Below, piece after piece: positions 1 through 11,700 of a stretch of 64,000 nt of DNA (its first letter is position 1; the number at the start of each line of letters is the position of its first letter). The DNA comes from Eledone cirrhosa (taxonomy: Eukaryota). The position numbers and the translations under genes are program-made. Where the stretch lies: assembly GCA_964016885.1 (NCBI GenBank), contig OZ024762.1, forward strand, positions 12,400,001 to 12,464,000. Direction: 5' to 3'. Below the pieces are notes generated by a model. That model saw only the letters and a list, made by a program, of their open reading frames with translations, was not told where the DNA came from and searched no databases.

Positions 1-345
1 TTTCCTATCATGGAGCAAGCGTCTTAAAGAAGTCCTCGAAATGTTCAAAACACCTGATAAACGTCTTGACGATTTGGACTTTTGTGGAGAATTGTCTAAC
101 TCAGTTCTCAAACGGTCTTCATTTTCATTTGTTCGAACAGATCTTGGTCGTCCTGGTCTTTTAGGGTCCATAACACTACCTGTTTCATCAAATAACTTAT
201 TAATCCTAGCAACAGTCTTTCTGGTGGGTGCCGGTGGGCCATAAGTTGCTTCCATTACTCTGCACACTTCAGTGATGTTGTCTGTTTTAGCAAATAATCT
301 CACACATTGAACACGTTTTTCCAAGCTTAGCGAAGGATGTGCCAT
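1..345 (-). CDS. Tc1/mariner-superfamily transposase, N-terminal HTH region (DUF4817-like); runs off the window
   Basis: ATG at 345 opens 115 stop-free codons: MAHPSLSLEKRVQCVRLFAKTDNITEVCRVMEATYGPPAPTRKTVARINKLFDETGSVMDPKRPGRPRSVRTNEN...SRRLSGVLNISRTSLRRLL. The F-x-ETGSV and GRPRS motifs are typical. Absent from the ORF track because there is no stop in the window. Confidence 0.85.
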   Translation of the reverse strand, partial: MAHPSLSLEKRVQCVRLFAKTDNITEVCRVMEATYGPPAPTRKTVARINKLFDETGSVMDPKRPGRPRSVRTNENEDRLRTELDNSPQKSKSSRRLSGVLNISRTSLRRLLHDRK

Positions 346-528
346 CGTTAATCAAATTTAGAATAAATAAATAAAAAAACCTGTGAGGCATATTAAGAAA
401 CAAAAATATAAATTAAGAAACATGCTAAGCATATTAAGAAATAAAATAATAAATTAAAACAATAACAATATAATAAGCACGTTAAGAAATATAACTAACA
501 AGCGAGTCATGAATTCTGGCCCACCCTG
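1..528 (-). mobile_element. Left end of Tc1/mariner-type DNA transposon
   Basis: Minus strand reads TA|CAGGGTGGGCCAGAATTCATGACTCGC (TA at 529-530, terminus at 528), ~180 nt upstream of the transposase ATG. Confidence 0.75.
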
Positions 529-1603
529 TATGCGCATTCGACATATTCCCAGGTACTGCAGACTACAACAAATGCGTGCAAGAACAGTTTAAGATAACCA
601 ATATTACTTGTAAACATATACACACCAGATTTGCATATATAATACATACACATCCTAATATATATATGAGTGTGTAGTGTGTGTATGTATATATATATTG
701 GTTTTCTGCTACAATATTTTCTATACCTTTCATTTATATATATATATATATATATATAGCCATCGCATGCATAGAAACAGCTTTAATGTATATTAACAAT
801 TAATGGATACGAGCTAATTGCATAGTATCTAAAAATCGTGCACTTTGAGAGAGAGAGAGAGAGTGGTTTATGTATATATATAAATATATATATATATGCA
901 TGTCATGTATGCATATATTTATACATATATGTTTAATATATATATATATATCATCATCGTTTAACGTCCACTTTCAAAGCTAGCATGGGATATATATATG
1001 TGTATATATATGTATGTATATACATATATATATATATGTATATACATATATATACATGCGTGTGTATGTATATATATATATGTGTGTGTGTATGAATATG
1101 TGTATGGTTTCATGATAATAATTAAAAAGTACATAGAAGAGAGAGAAAGAGACAAACCAAGATAAACAGAAATAAAGAGGAAATAGAAAGAAAGAGGGCG
1201 AATACAATTAGAAAATTACTGTTAGATTAAAAGCCCCTCCCGCGAACACACAGATATATATATATATATGTACATTATATATGTATAATACATATATATA
1301 TATACTCATATACGTATTTATATATATATATATCTGTATATATATTTATGTATACCTAAATATATGTATATATATTTATGTATACATATATTTAGGTATG
1401 TACACATATATAAATTTATGTATGAATATACACATATATATATATATTTATGTATACATATACGTCTGTATATATATATGTGTGTGTGCGTATATATTTA
1501 AGTTCCGTTTATGATTTGGAATTATCAGATCTAATTGCTATTTTCTTTCTTTTATACATATGTGTGTATATATATATATATATGTATAGGTTTTAATATA
1601 GAT

Positions 1604-1653
1604 GAGATTCTACAGGACTAGAACTGTTTCATTCATTAGAAATCATCAGGAAT
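1604..1653 (-). ncRNA. Type I hammerhead ribozyme motif (family A, helix I truncated)
   Basis: Minus: ATTC CTGATGA TTTC TAAT GAAT GAAA CAG TTCTAGTC CTG TA GAATCTC; same family as 21220-21340. Confidence 0.6.
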
Positions 1654-2339
1654 ATAACCATATATATGTATATACACTATATATATATATATATATATAC
1701 ACTATATGTATATATATATACATATACACTATATGTATATATATACATATACATATACACTATATGTATGTATATATATACATATACACATATACACTAT
1801 ATGTATATATATATATACATATACACTATATGTATATATATATACACATATACACTATATGTATATATATATATACACATATACACTATATGTATATATA
1901 TATACACATATACACTATATGTATATATACATACATATACACTATATGTGTATATATATATATACACTATATGTATATATATAACGAAATAGTCCAGAAA
2001 TAGCCGTCGTAACGGCTCGAGCTCTGCCGTCGGGGTCATACTTTCTCCTATATATATATATGCATATACTATATGTATGTATGTACATATATTTATATAA
2101 ACAATATATATATATAATTATGTGTATGTGAGTGTTTGTATGTATCAATTAGCGATCTATTAAATATTTAATATCTAATTTACCTGTCTTAGACAATCTA
2201 ATTAAGTATAAGAGGAGATATTAATCTGAGCAGGAGTTACCATCAGTAAATCCCGCCAAACTAAATAGATCCATTAAAGACAAGAGAGAAGAAGAATTAT
2301 AATCCTCACCTTTTGTATTTCAGAGTTGTAGAAATGTCT

Positions 2340-3560
2340 GTCTCCCTCTCTCTCCTTGGATCTCTGTATATATCTTTCTCTCCCTCTCTAACTCTGTATC
2401 TTTCACTATAATTCCCTCTCTCTATGTCTCGTTTTGTCCCTCTCACTCTCTCTCGTTATCTCCCTCTCTAACTCTCTGTCTTTCGCTATGACTCCCTCAC
2501 TCTCTGTCTCGTTATCTCCCTCTCATTCTCTGTATATATCTTTCTCTCCCTTTCTAACTCTCTGTCTTTCACTATGACTCCCTCTCTCTATGTCTCGTTA
2601 TCTCCCTCTCTAACTCTCTGTATTTCGCTATGACTCCCTCTCTCTGTCTCGTTATCTCCCTCTCACTCTCTGTATATATCTTTCTCTCCCTCTCTAACTC
2701 TCTGTCTTTCACTATGACTCCCTCTCTCTATGTCTCGTTATCTCCCTCTCTAACTCTCTGTCTTTCGCTATGACTCCCTCTCTCTGTCTCGTTATCTCCC
2801 TCTCACTCTCTGTATATATCTTTCTCTCCCTCTCTAACTCTCTGTCTTTCACTATGACTCCCTCTCTCTATGTCTCGTTATCTCCCTCTCTAACTCTCTG
2901 TCTTTCACTATGACTCCCTCACTCTGTGTCTCGTTATCTCCCTTTCACTCTCTGTATATTTCTTTCTCTCCCTCTCTAACTCTCTGTCTTTCACTATAAC
3001 TCCCTCTCTAACTCTCTGTCTTTCGCAATGACTCCCTCTCTCTGTCTCGTTATCTCCCTCTCACTCTCTGTATATATCTTTCTCTCCCTCTCTAACTCTC
3101 TGTCTTTCACTATGACTCCCTCTCTGTCTCGTTATCTCCCTCTCACTCTCTGTATATATCTTTCTTTCCCTCTCTAACTCTGTCTTTCACTATGACCCCC
3201 TCTCTCTATGTCTCGTTATCTCCCTCTCACTCTCTGTATATATCTTTCTCTCCCTCTCTAACTCTCTGTCTTTCACTATGACCCCCTCTCTCTATGTCTC
3301 GTTATCTCCCTCTCACTCTCTATATATATCTTTCTCTCCCTCTCTAACTCTCTGTCTTACACTATGACTCCCTCTCTCTATATCTCCCTCTCACTCTCTA
3401 TATATCTTTCTCTCCCTCTCTAACTCTCTGTCCTGTTATCTCCCTCTCACTCTCTAACTCTGTCTTTCACTATGACTCCCTCTCTCTATGTCTCGTTATC
3501 TCCCTCTCACTCTCTATATATATCTTTCTCTCCCTCACTAACTCTGTCTTTCACTATGAC
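2340..3560. repeat. CT-rich minisatellite
   Basis: Recurring blocks ctctctaactctctgtctttcactatgactccc and gtctcgttatctccctctcactctctgtatatatc. Confidence 0.85.
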
Positions 3561-4037
3561 TCCGTCAATATATCTGCCTTTCACTCTGTCTCTACCTCCT
3601 CCTCTTCATATATTTCTATATCTCCCCCTTTCACTGTCTATATATATCTACCTCTTTCTCTGTCTGTCTGTACAGCTGCCTCCTTCTCCGAATCTCTCTG
3701 TCTCTATACACATATATATTACCCTTTCTATATACCTCCCTCCCTCTCTCTCCCCGTATCGCTATGTCCACCACCCTCTCTTTATATATGTATATTTCTG
3801 TCTGTCTCTCTCCATATCGCTATGTACCCCACCCTTCCTCTCTCTATATATGTATATTTCATAATGTCGCCCCCCCCCTCTCTCTCTATATATATATCAC
3901 TATCTACCCCTCCCTCTATAAATATCTCTCTCTCTCTCACATGGTTTTAATCTAGTTTACTGATGACGTCTGCTGACCTTCACTGACTGACTACTTAGTC
4001 TGTCTCTTTACCAAAGTGTCGCCTCTATATACACACG

Positions 4038-4071
<34 letters not shown>

Positions 4072-4320
4072 AACGGAAAAAATGAAACGATATTTCATAT
4101 GTATGTATATATATATATTATATATATATACACACCTCTATTCTTTTAACTATATATATACATATATGTATATATATACATATGTATATATATATACATA
4201 TATGTATATATATACATATGTATATATATATATATATATATATACATATATGTATATATATACATATATGTATATATATATATATACATATATGTATACA
4301 TATGTGTATATATACATATA

Positions 4321-4354
<34 letters not shown>

Positions 4355-4424
4355 CATATATGTATATATATATATACATATGTATATATATACATATATG
4401 TATATATATATACATATATATATA

Positions 4425-4645
4425 CAGAAACTGACCACACAAAATTCAAGAAGTCTTTGGACAAATTCCTCCAAGTAATCCCGGACAAACCACCCACACC
4501 CGGATATGTCTCCGCAAACAGTAATTCTCTTCTCGAATGGGCCATGGTGCCCAAATCCTGAATTGAAAGACTTCGCCAGGTGGTGCTATTAAGTTAGACA
4601 TGGCCTGGGCCAATACTGGCCAAAACATTTCAAAGTTATTCAAAG
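4425..4645 (+). mobile_element. CR1/L2-group LINE 3' end fragment
   Basis: [32 protein letters not shown] resembles a CR1-group ORF2 C-terminus; flanked by TA-rich arrays. Confidence 0.65.
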
Positions 4646-4700
4646 TTATACATATATGTATATATATATATATACATATATGTATATATATATATATACA

Positions 4701-4750
<50 letters not shown>

Positions 4751-5070
4751 CATCATCATCATCATCATTTTACGTCCGCTTTTCCCTGCTTGCAAGGGTG
4801 GGACGGGTCTTATTCAGCACAGCATCTCTCCACTCGTCACGGTCCCTCGTCATCTCCACCGTGAGCTTCAATGATCTGAGGTCTGTTCTCACCACCTCCG
4901 CCCATGTTTTTCGTGGTCTACCTCTACCACGTCTTCCTTCAACTGGCATTTCCTGGCACTTCTTCACCCATCGGTCATCCTCCATGCGCATCACATGTCC
5001 ATACCACCTCAGTCTCCTCTCCCGTACACTACATTCTATCCCTCTCAGACACAGTTTCTCTCTCAACACA
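4751..5070 (-). mobile_element. RTE-clade LINE 3' fragment
   Basis: [23 protein letters not shown]...[12 protein letters not shown] followed by a (GAT)n tail. Confidence 0.85.
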
Positions 5071-5563
5071 TTTATGCTATATATTTATTAAAATAACAGA
5101 TTAAAGTTTAAGCAAAAGTAGAAACAATTATTAAGGAGGGGGTGTATATATATATATACATACATGTATATATATATATATATACATATACAATATTATT
5201 GTTTGATGATGTTTTGAAATGCGCATAATAAAATATATTGAACTCCTTTAACCATCTTTTGATCTTATATTATGCATACTCCAGTCCCACAAACTGTAGA
5301 GTGCTTCTTATCCGATATCTGCATTGCTTTATTGTACTACAATAAAACTCACCTCCTACATTTATATATATGTATATATATATATACATACATGTATATA
5401 TATATACATACATGTATATATATATACATATGTATATATATATATAGTATACTAGGGAGATGATCAGGGGTGTATAACACTCCACTTATCCAGCAGGCAG
5501 TATAAGGTTATTCTTCAATGTCTTGGATTTGTTATTGCTTGTATGGTATGTAATTAACCTCTA

Positions 5564-5609
5564 TGCTCTGATGAGTCCCACTTATAGTGCGGATGAAACA
5601 ATGTTAGCA
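5564..5609 (+). ncRNA. Minimal type I hammerhead ribozyme motif
   Basis: TGCT CTGATGA GTCC-cacttatagtgc-GGAT GAAAC AAT GTT AGCA; helix I TGCT/AGCA. Confidence 0.55.
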
Positions 5610-7416
5610 AGTAAAGATATGCATATGCTATAGGCGTTCTTTGTTATTTATTATATATATATATATACATGTATATATATATACATACACCCTCCTTAAT
5701 AATTGTTTCTACTTTTGGCACAAGGCCATCAAATACCAAGTGTATTACTGGTACTTTGTTTTATCGACCCCGTAAGGATGAAAGGCAAAGTTAACCTCGG
5801 CGGGATTTGAACTCAGAATGGCAAGGGCGTAACTCTATGCGTCCGACCCTGCCAATCCACCGTCCTTAATAATACCACATTCTATTGATTATAGTTATTT
5901 CTACTTCTATATCCTTTATATAGTGTCCCAAAATAATGTATATGCACTTCACCAATCTAATAAATATTGCCTGTACAGGAAATCATAGTATGTATACATT
6001 TTTGGGGGACACCCTAAATATAAATATATATATTTATTTACTGATGTTAGACTTCTGCCCATGCTGGAGCACTGCCTTGCTTTAGTCCATCATGTCGAAC
6101 CACCAGTATTTATATTTTTATATCTGGTACTTATTTTATACATCTTTTTCTTTTCATTTTTGTTGGAAGTTGACAAAGACTCAGACGATCTTTTTTCTTG
6201 TTTGTTGAACAAATATATTACAGGACATAAACACAAAATATGTATATATATATAGATGGCTGATGGAATACACACACTTTTTATCTAAACATTTTTTCCC
6301 CATTCCTTCGTTGTGGACAAAAAGCACCCAGCCCACACTGTAAAGGGGTTATGTTGGCAACACAAAAATCACCAAGCCCACACTGTAAATGTGGTTGGCA
6401 TTAAGGGCATCCAATCATAGAAACCAAACCAGAAACGGACATCATATCTCATGTCGTCTAACCCATGCTAGCATGGAAATTAAACGATGATGATGATGAT
6501 GGTAAACTAAAGTTGAGTTCCCATGTTTTTTTTAAATGGCTAAAAACGACTTGACTCATCACTTCCGTGTTGACGATTGATTTAGTTTCACAACACTGAC
6601 TCAGATTAAGTTACTTAAACAAATTCAACTCCGACACTCAAGGAGGTTAAGTGTTAAAAACAAAAAAACCCTTTGTTCTATTAATGACTATAAAATACAG
6701 CCTCTTCTCAATACTTCTTTAGAAAACAGAAATAAAGATGAGAAAAAAAATCTATTTCATTTCACTGTAGGAGGGTTTTCCAAACTTTTTAAAATGCGGA
6801 ACTCTTCTTTGGTTAGGAAAGTTGGGGGCTAACCCCAAAGTCTAATACTGTTATATGGTCAGAATATAAATATATTCCTCTACCTTTTTTTCATGGAATC
6901 TACTTTCGGAACCTCTGCACTATAGTAATACAGATGCCTTTTCACTCACCAAATAAAAAGAAAATTTCCAGCCCTATTCTTTTTTAGAATGGAAACTCCA
7001 TATTCTGACATGATTTTCTGTTTAAAGATTCATTGATTTGGGATGAAGGAGGGAAGGAGAGATTTTTCTGAGAAATATTTTTAAAATTATTTTCTTAAGG
7101 GCAGATGTTAGTGAAACATCCAAGAAACCTGAGATAAATCAATGTAGGAGGCCAACCAAACGATAGGTGAGCTGTAACAACATGATAGGACTGAGACCTC
7201 CATCATTAAAGCATCCAAGAAACCTCCTATGAGATACAACCTCGCAGGAGGCCAACCAAACCATAGATGTGAGCTGTAAACATTATTTGTTAGGAAGTGC
7301 ATCCAGCCGTAGAAACCAAACCAGTCCTGAATGAGCAAGTCATGGTCAACAGACCTTACTTGTCACATAATGGGGCAACTCGGCTAACCCATGCTAACGT
7401 GGTAAATGGATGTTAA

Positions 7417-8365
7417 CCTGTGTCGACCACTGCATATATTTTACACAGCTACAGTTGCTGCGTTAATGCTGTGTATATTTTACACAGCTACAGTTGCTGT
7501 GTTGACTGCTGTGTATATTTTACACAGCTACAGTTGCTGTGTTGACTGCTGCATATATTTTACACAGCTACAGTTGCTGTGTTGACTGCTGCATATATTT
7601 TACACAGCTACAGTTGCTGTGTTGACTGCTGCGTATATTTTACACAGCTACAGTTGCTGTGTTGACTGCTGCGTATATTTTACACAGCTACAGTTGCTGT
7701 GTTGACTGCTGCATATATTTTACACAGCTACAGTTGCTGTGTTGACTGCTGCATATATTTTACACAGCTACAATTGCTGTGTTGACTGCTGCATATATTT
7801 TACACAGCTACAGTTGCTGTGTTGACTGCTGCATATATTTTACACAGCTACAGTTGCTGTGTTGACTGCCGTGTATATTTTACACAGCTACAGTTGCTGT
7901 GTTGACTGCTGCATATATTTTACACAGCTACAGTTGCTGTGTTGACTGCTGCATATATTTTACACAGCTACAGTTGCTGTGTTGACTGCTGCATATATTT
8001 TACACAGCTACAGTTGCTGTGTTGACTGCTGTGTATATTTTACACAGCTACAGTTGCTGTGTTGACTGCTGCATATATTTTACACAGCTACAGTTGCTGT
8101 GTTGACTGCTGCATATATTTTACACAGCTACAATTGCTGTGTTGACTGCTGCATATATTTTACACAGCTACAGTTGCTGTGCCGGTTTTTTTTCCAGTAA
8201 AATGACTATTTTTTTAAACAAACATTTATTAACAACACATATCTGAATGATTGACAAATGTCACATCAATAAACTAGTAACCCCACCTAGCTTTGAAGTT
8301 ATGAACTGTTGGAAAGGACTTCAAACATGTTAGGATGAGTTATCTCATCTACGGCACTGAAGAGG
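7417..8365. mobile_element. TTAA-flanked non-autonomous element (piggyBac-like) with internal 40-bp minisatellite
   Basis: TTAA at 7413-7416 and 8366-8369; CC...GG termini; ~18 copies of gttgactgctgcatatattttacacagctacagttgctgt. It interrupts a SINE tail whose empty form is seen at ~37555-37596. An inverted second copy is at 48765-49544. Confidence 0.75.
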
Positions 8366-8602
8366 TTAAACAACGATGATGATGATGACCTCTCTCTCAA
8401 AACAATACAAAATCAAAACAAAAAATACTGATATTATTTTCTATATTTTAATCTTCTCTCCTATCTTAAATTTATTCTTAGTACTAACAAAAACAAGAAA
8501 AGATGGTTTGGTTTGTATTTCTGCAGGTGGTAACCTCTAGCAATGCAGCTTCTTCAGGTAAAAAAAGATGAGGGCTCCGTCTACTAATAGATGGAAGAAT
8601 TC

Positions 8603-8703
8603 TCACAAAGCTGCTGCACCAGATATAATTTCAATCAATTCTCGTGTGATAACAGCCTGTCTGGTTCTGTTGTATGTCAGTCTAAGTTTATCAATCATCT
8701 CAC
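8603..8703 (-). CDS. ATP5F1C: ATP synthase gamma exon 7 (terminal)
   Basis: attacag| (G)[35 protein letters not shown] at 8605-8603; minus-strand AATAAA at 8476-8471. Confidence 0.92.
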
Positions 8704-11700
8704 CTGTAATTACATAACATATGTTAATTAGTCAATCATCTCACTTGAAAATTAGCTAATAATCATCACAATATGTTGTATGTTTGTCAAACATCCCACC
8801 TGTAATTACACCACAATATACACCAAACAAGAGACAACAGGTGGTCTATTAGAGTGACAAAGTGGACATCAAAGCAGTGAAGAACCAGAAGGTGACCAAA
8901 GACCAGATACTTCGGCCCCACTTGGCCCTGTATGGCCAAAGATAGGCAGCAATGGAGGTCAACCTTATTCCAACAGGAATAAGAAAGCCCTCAATCTTCG
9001 ATATACTATGATCTGACTAGATATCTCAGTCCCATTTGGCTCAATATGGTCAGATATTGGAAGCAGTGGAGGTCAAAACTTACCGGCATTCTTGGTGGCT
9101 CCATCCATAGCAGTCATTCTAGAACTCTGTTCACTGCAGGCTGATTCCTTCATGCTGTAAAACAACTGACTGACCAGAGCGTATTCATTGTAAGAGACCA
9201 ATACTTCCTCATCTATACTGTCGTAAACAGGAAGCTTCTCTGCCTGGCTGATGGTGTCCAGTGAGTAGATAGGCATGTTGGAGGTTTTATAGGAAACAAC
9301 GCTCCTGCAAGAAGAGGAAGAATGGATAAGAAAGTGTAAAGACACTGTGGGAAGTGTGTACAGGTGGTGGGAAGTGTATACTGGCTGCGGGAAGTGTCCC
9401 TTAGAAGTCGCATTTCTCTCATTTTTATTTGTACTTATAGAGAAAGCTGGAAAAATTGGAAATGAAAACGGTCCAGTGAATGAGTGACGTATCACTCGGA
9501 GAAGAAGACAAACAATGAGATGTTTGGGTGATGTGTTGAGGAAGGCTGAATGTGACTGGGTCATATGTTGAAGGATGAAAGTGTGGATTCTGCTAAAGCC
9601 ACCCAAGGGCCAGGTGGTAGTAAACCAGGTGACAGGTTACAGATAAAAATAAACAAGTGGAAATTATAGCACAGATTTTACAGGTAAAACCAACCGGCAG
9701 GAGACCCAGAGCAAGATGGTTGGATATCATCCATGAGCTTGGCTAGTCACGTTTGTGGACCCAGCTGGATCAGTTGGAGATGGTTGCTTCTGACAGGACC
9801 TGCTGGAAGGAATGTTTAGGGACTCTGCACCCCACGACCCTCTCGGGAATAATTGAAAGAAGAAGAAGAAATTCTAGCAAGATGGTGAACTTACTTGAAA
9901 TAATTATAGAACAAGGTTCCGTGATCAAACTTATAGCCAGAATCTAAAATGTTGGAGGCTACGAAAGAAGCATCGCCAAATGTTGGGGGTTTCTTACCAA
10001 CGTTGTTAAAGACCAACATGATCTTGTCACTCATCACTCTGGAAAGAACAGAAAAAGTAAATATAAATATGAAAATAAACTATGTTTCATTGTCTTGTTT
10101 TTTTTTGGTAGATTAATGACATCCAAGATCAGAAGAGTCTACAGATGTCTGTAGCAGTAATACACTGGGGGATGGAGGAAACTTGGTGATCTGAGAGAGG
10201 TTTCTTTACCCAAGTCTATAGCAGTAATATAGTTGGGGGGAATTTAGTGATCACAGAGAGGTTCCTCTACCAGTCTATAGATGTCTGTAGCGGTAATATA
10301 TCGGGGGAACTTGGTGATCTCAGAGAGGTTACTCTACCCAAGTCTATAGCAGTAATATATTGGGGAAACTTGGTGAACCTGACCATTGACTTCAGTACAC
10401 CAGCACTTCAAGTTTACAGAGTGTACTGGGTGTATTTTATCACAGCAACCGCACTACAAGTTTACAGAGTGTACTGGGTGTATTTTATCACAGCACCAGC
10501 ATACAAGTTTACAGGATGTAGTGGGTGTATTTTATCACAGCACCAGCATTACAAGTTTACAGGATGTAGTGGGTGTATTCTATCATGACACTAGCACTGC
10601 AAGTTTACACAGTGTACAGGGTGTATTTTATCATAGCACCACAAGTTTACAGAGTGTACTGGGTGCTAAGAAATCTTCTCACCTGGCAAGGATTCCTCGG
10701 GACTTGTCTCCAATGAGGACCAGCTTTGTTTCAATGCCTTCTTTCTGGTTAGCAATGGTGTGTTTAATGGCTTTAGCCACCCCAGTGTGAATAGCTCCAC
10801 ACAAACCTCGATCAGATGAGACCGCAACAATAAGATGTTGGGGTTTAGTCTCATCTTGGTTGATCTCAGCCTTTTCAAAAAACTCTAGAAAAAAAGAGAC
10901 AGAAAGGAATAAAATATTAACACCTTTCGTATCAAACTGTCCCTCTTTCTATAAATATAAACACAAAAACCTTCCATCATAATTTTATTGAACCTTTGTT
11001 AAGTTATGTTCCAAACACCCCTGGCTCTATGATACAGAACTATATTTTAAAGTGTTCATATTTATCTAAAAATCTTCCATTATAATTTTATGTAAGAACC
11101 TTTAAGTTATGTTCCAAGCACCCCTGGTTCTATGATACAAAACTGTTTAGATTTATCTAAAACCCTTTCATAATAATTCCATTCAAGAACCAAACAGCAA
11201 CTTAATAACAAGAAAGTTAGTTATGTTACTAAATCCTTTCAAATTCTTGATTATTTTCAAAATTATTTAAAAATCATATCCAGTGTCTTTCATTAGAAAT
11301 ATGGTAATAAAAAATTAAAGTGTTTATATTTATCTAAAAACCTTTCATCATAATTTTATGTAAGAACCTTTGTTAAGTTGTGTTCCTAACAACCCTGATT
11401 CTATGAAACAAAACTGTTTATCTCAAAGTGATTATATTTATCTAAAAGTTGCTTCTGACAGGACCTGCTGTAAAGAGTGTTGGAGGACTCTGCCCCCCAC
11501 ACTACCCTCTCAGGAATAAGTGGGCAAAACAAGAAGAGTATGGTTTCATTAAAATTGTGGTCACAGCAGCAAAAAGAAAACATATATATAACATAATATA
11601 TTCCTTCTATATACTGTACCGATTGTGTTGTTATTTCTGTTTTTGCAAGAGATGTCAACATGAATGGAGCTGTTATTTTTATCTAAAGACATTTTTTTCC

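Noticed and set aside
7425-8180. CRISPR-like regular arrays (also 32549-33490 and 48951-49540)
   Set aside because: No unique spacers and no cas genes; simple tandem repeats in eukaryotic DNA.
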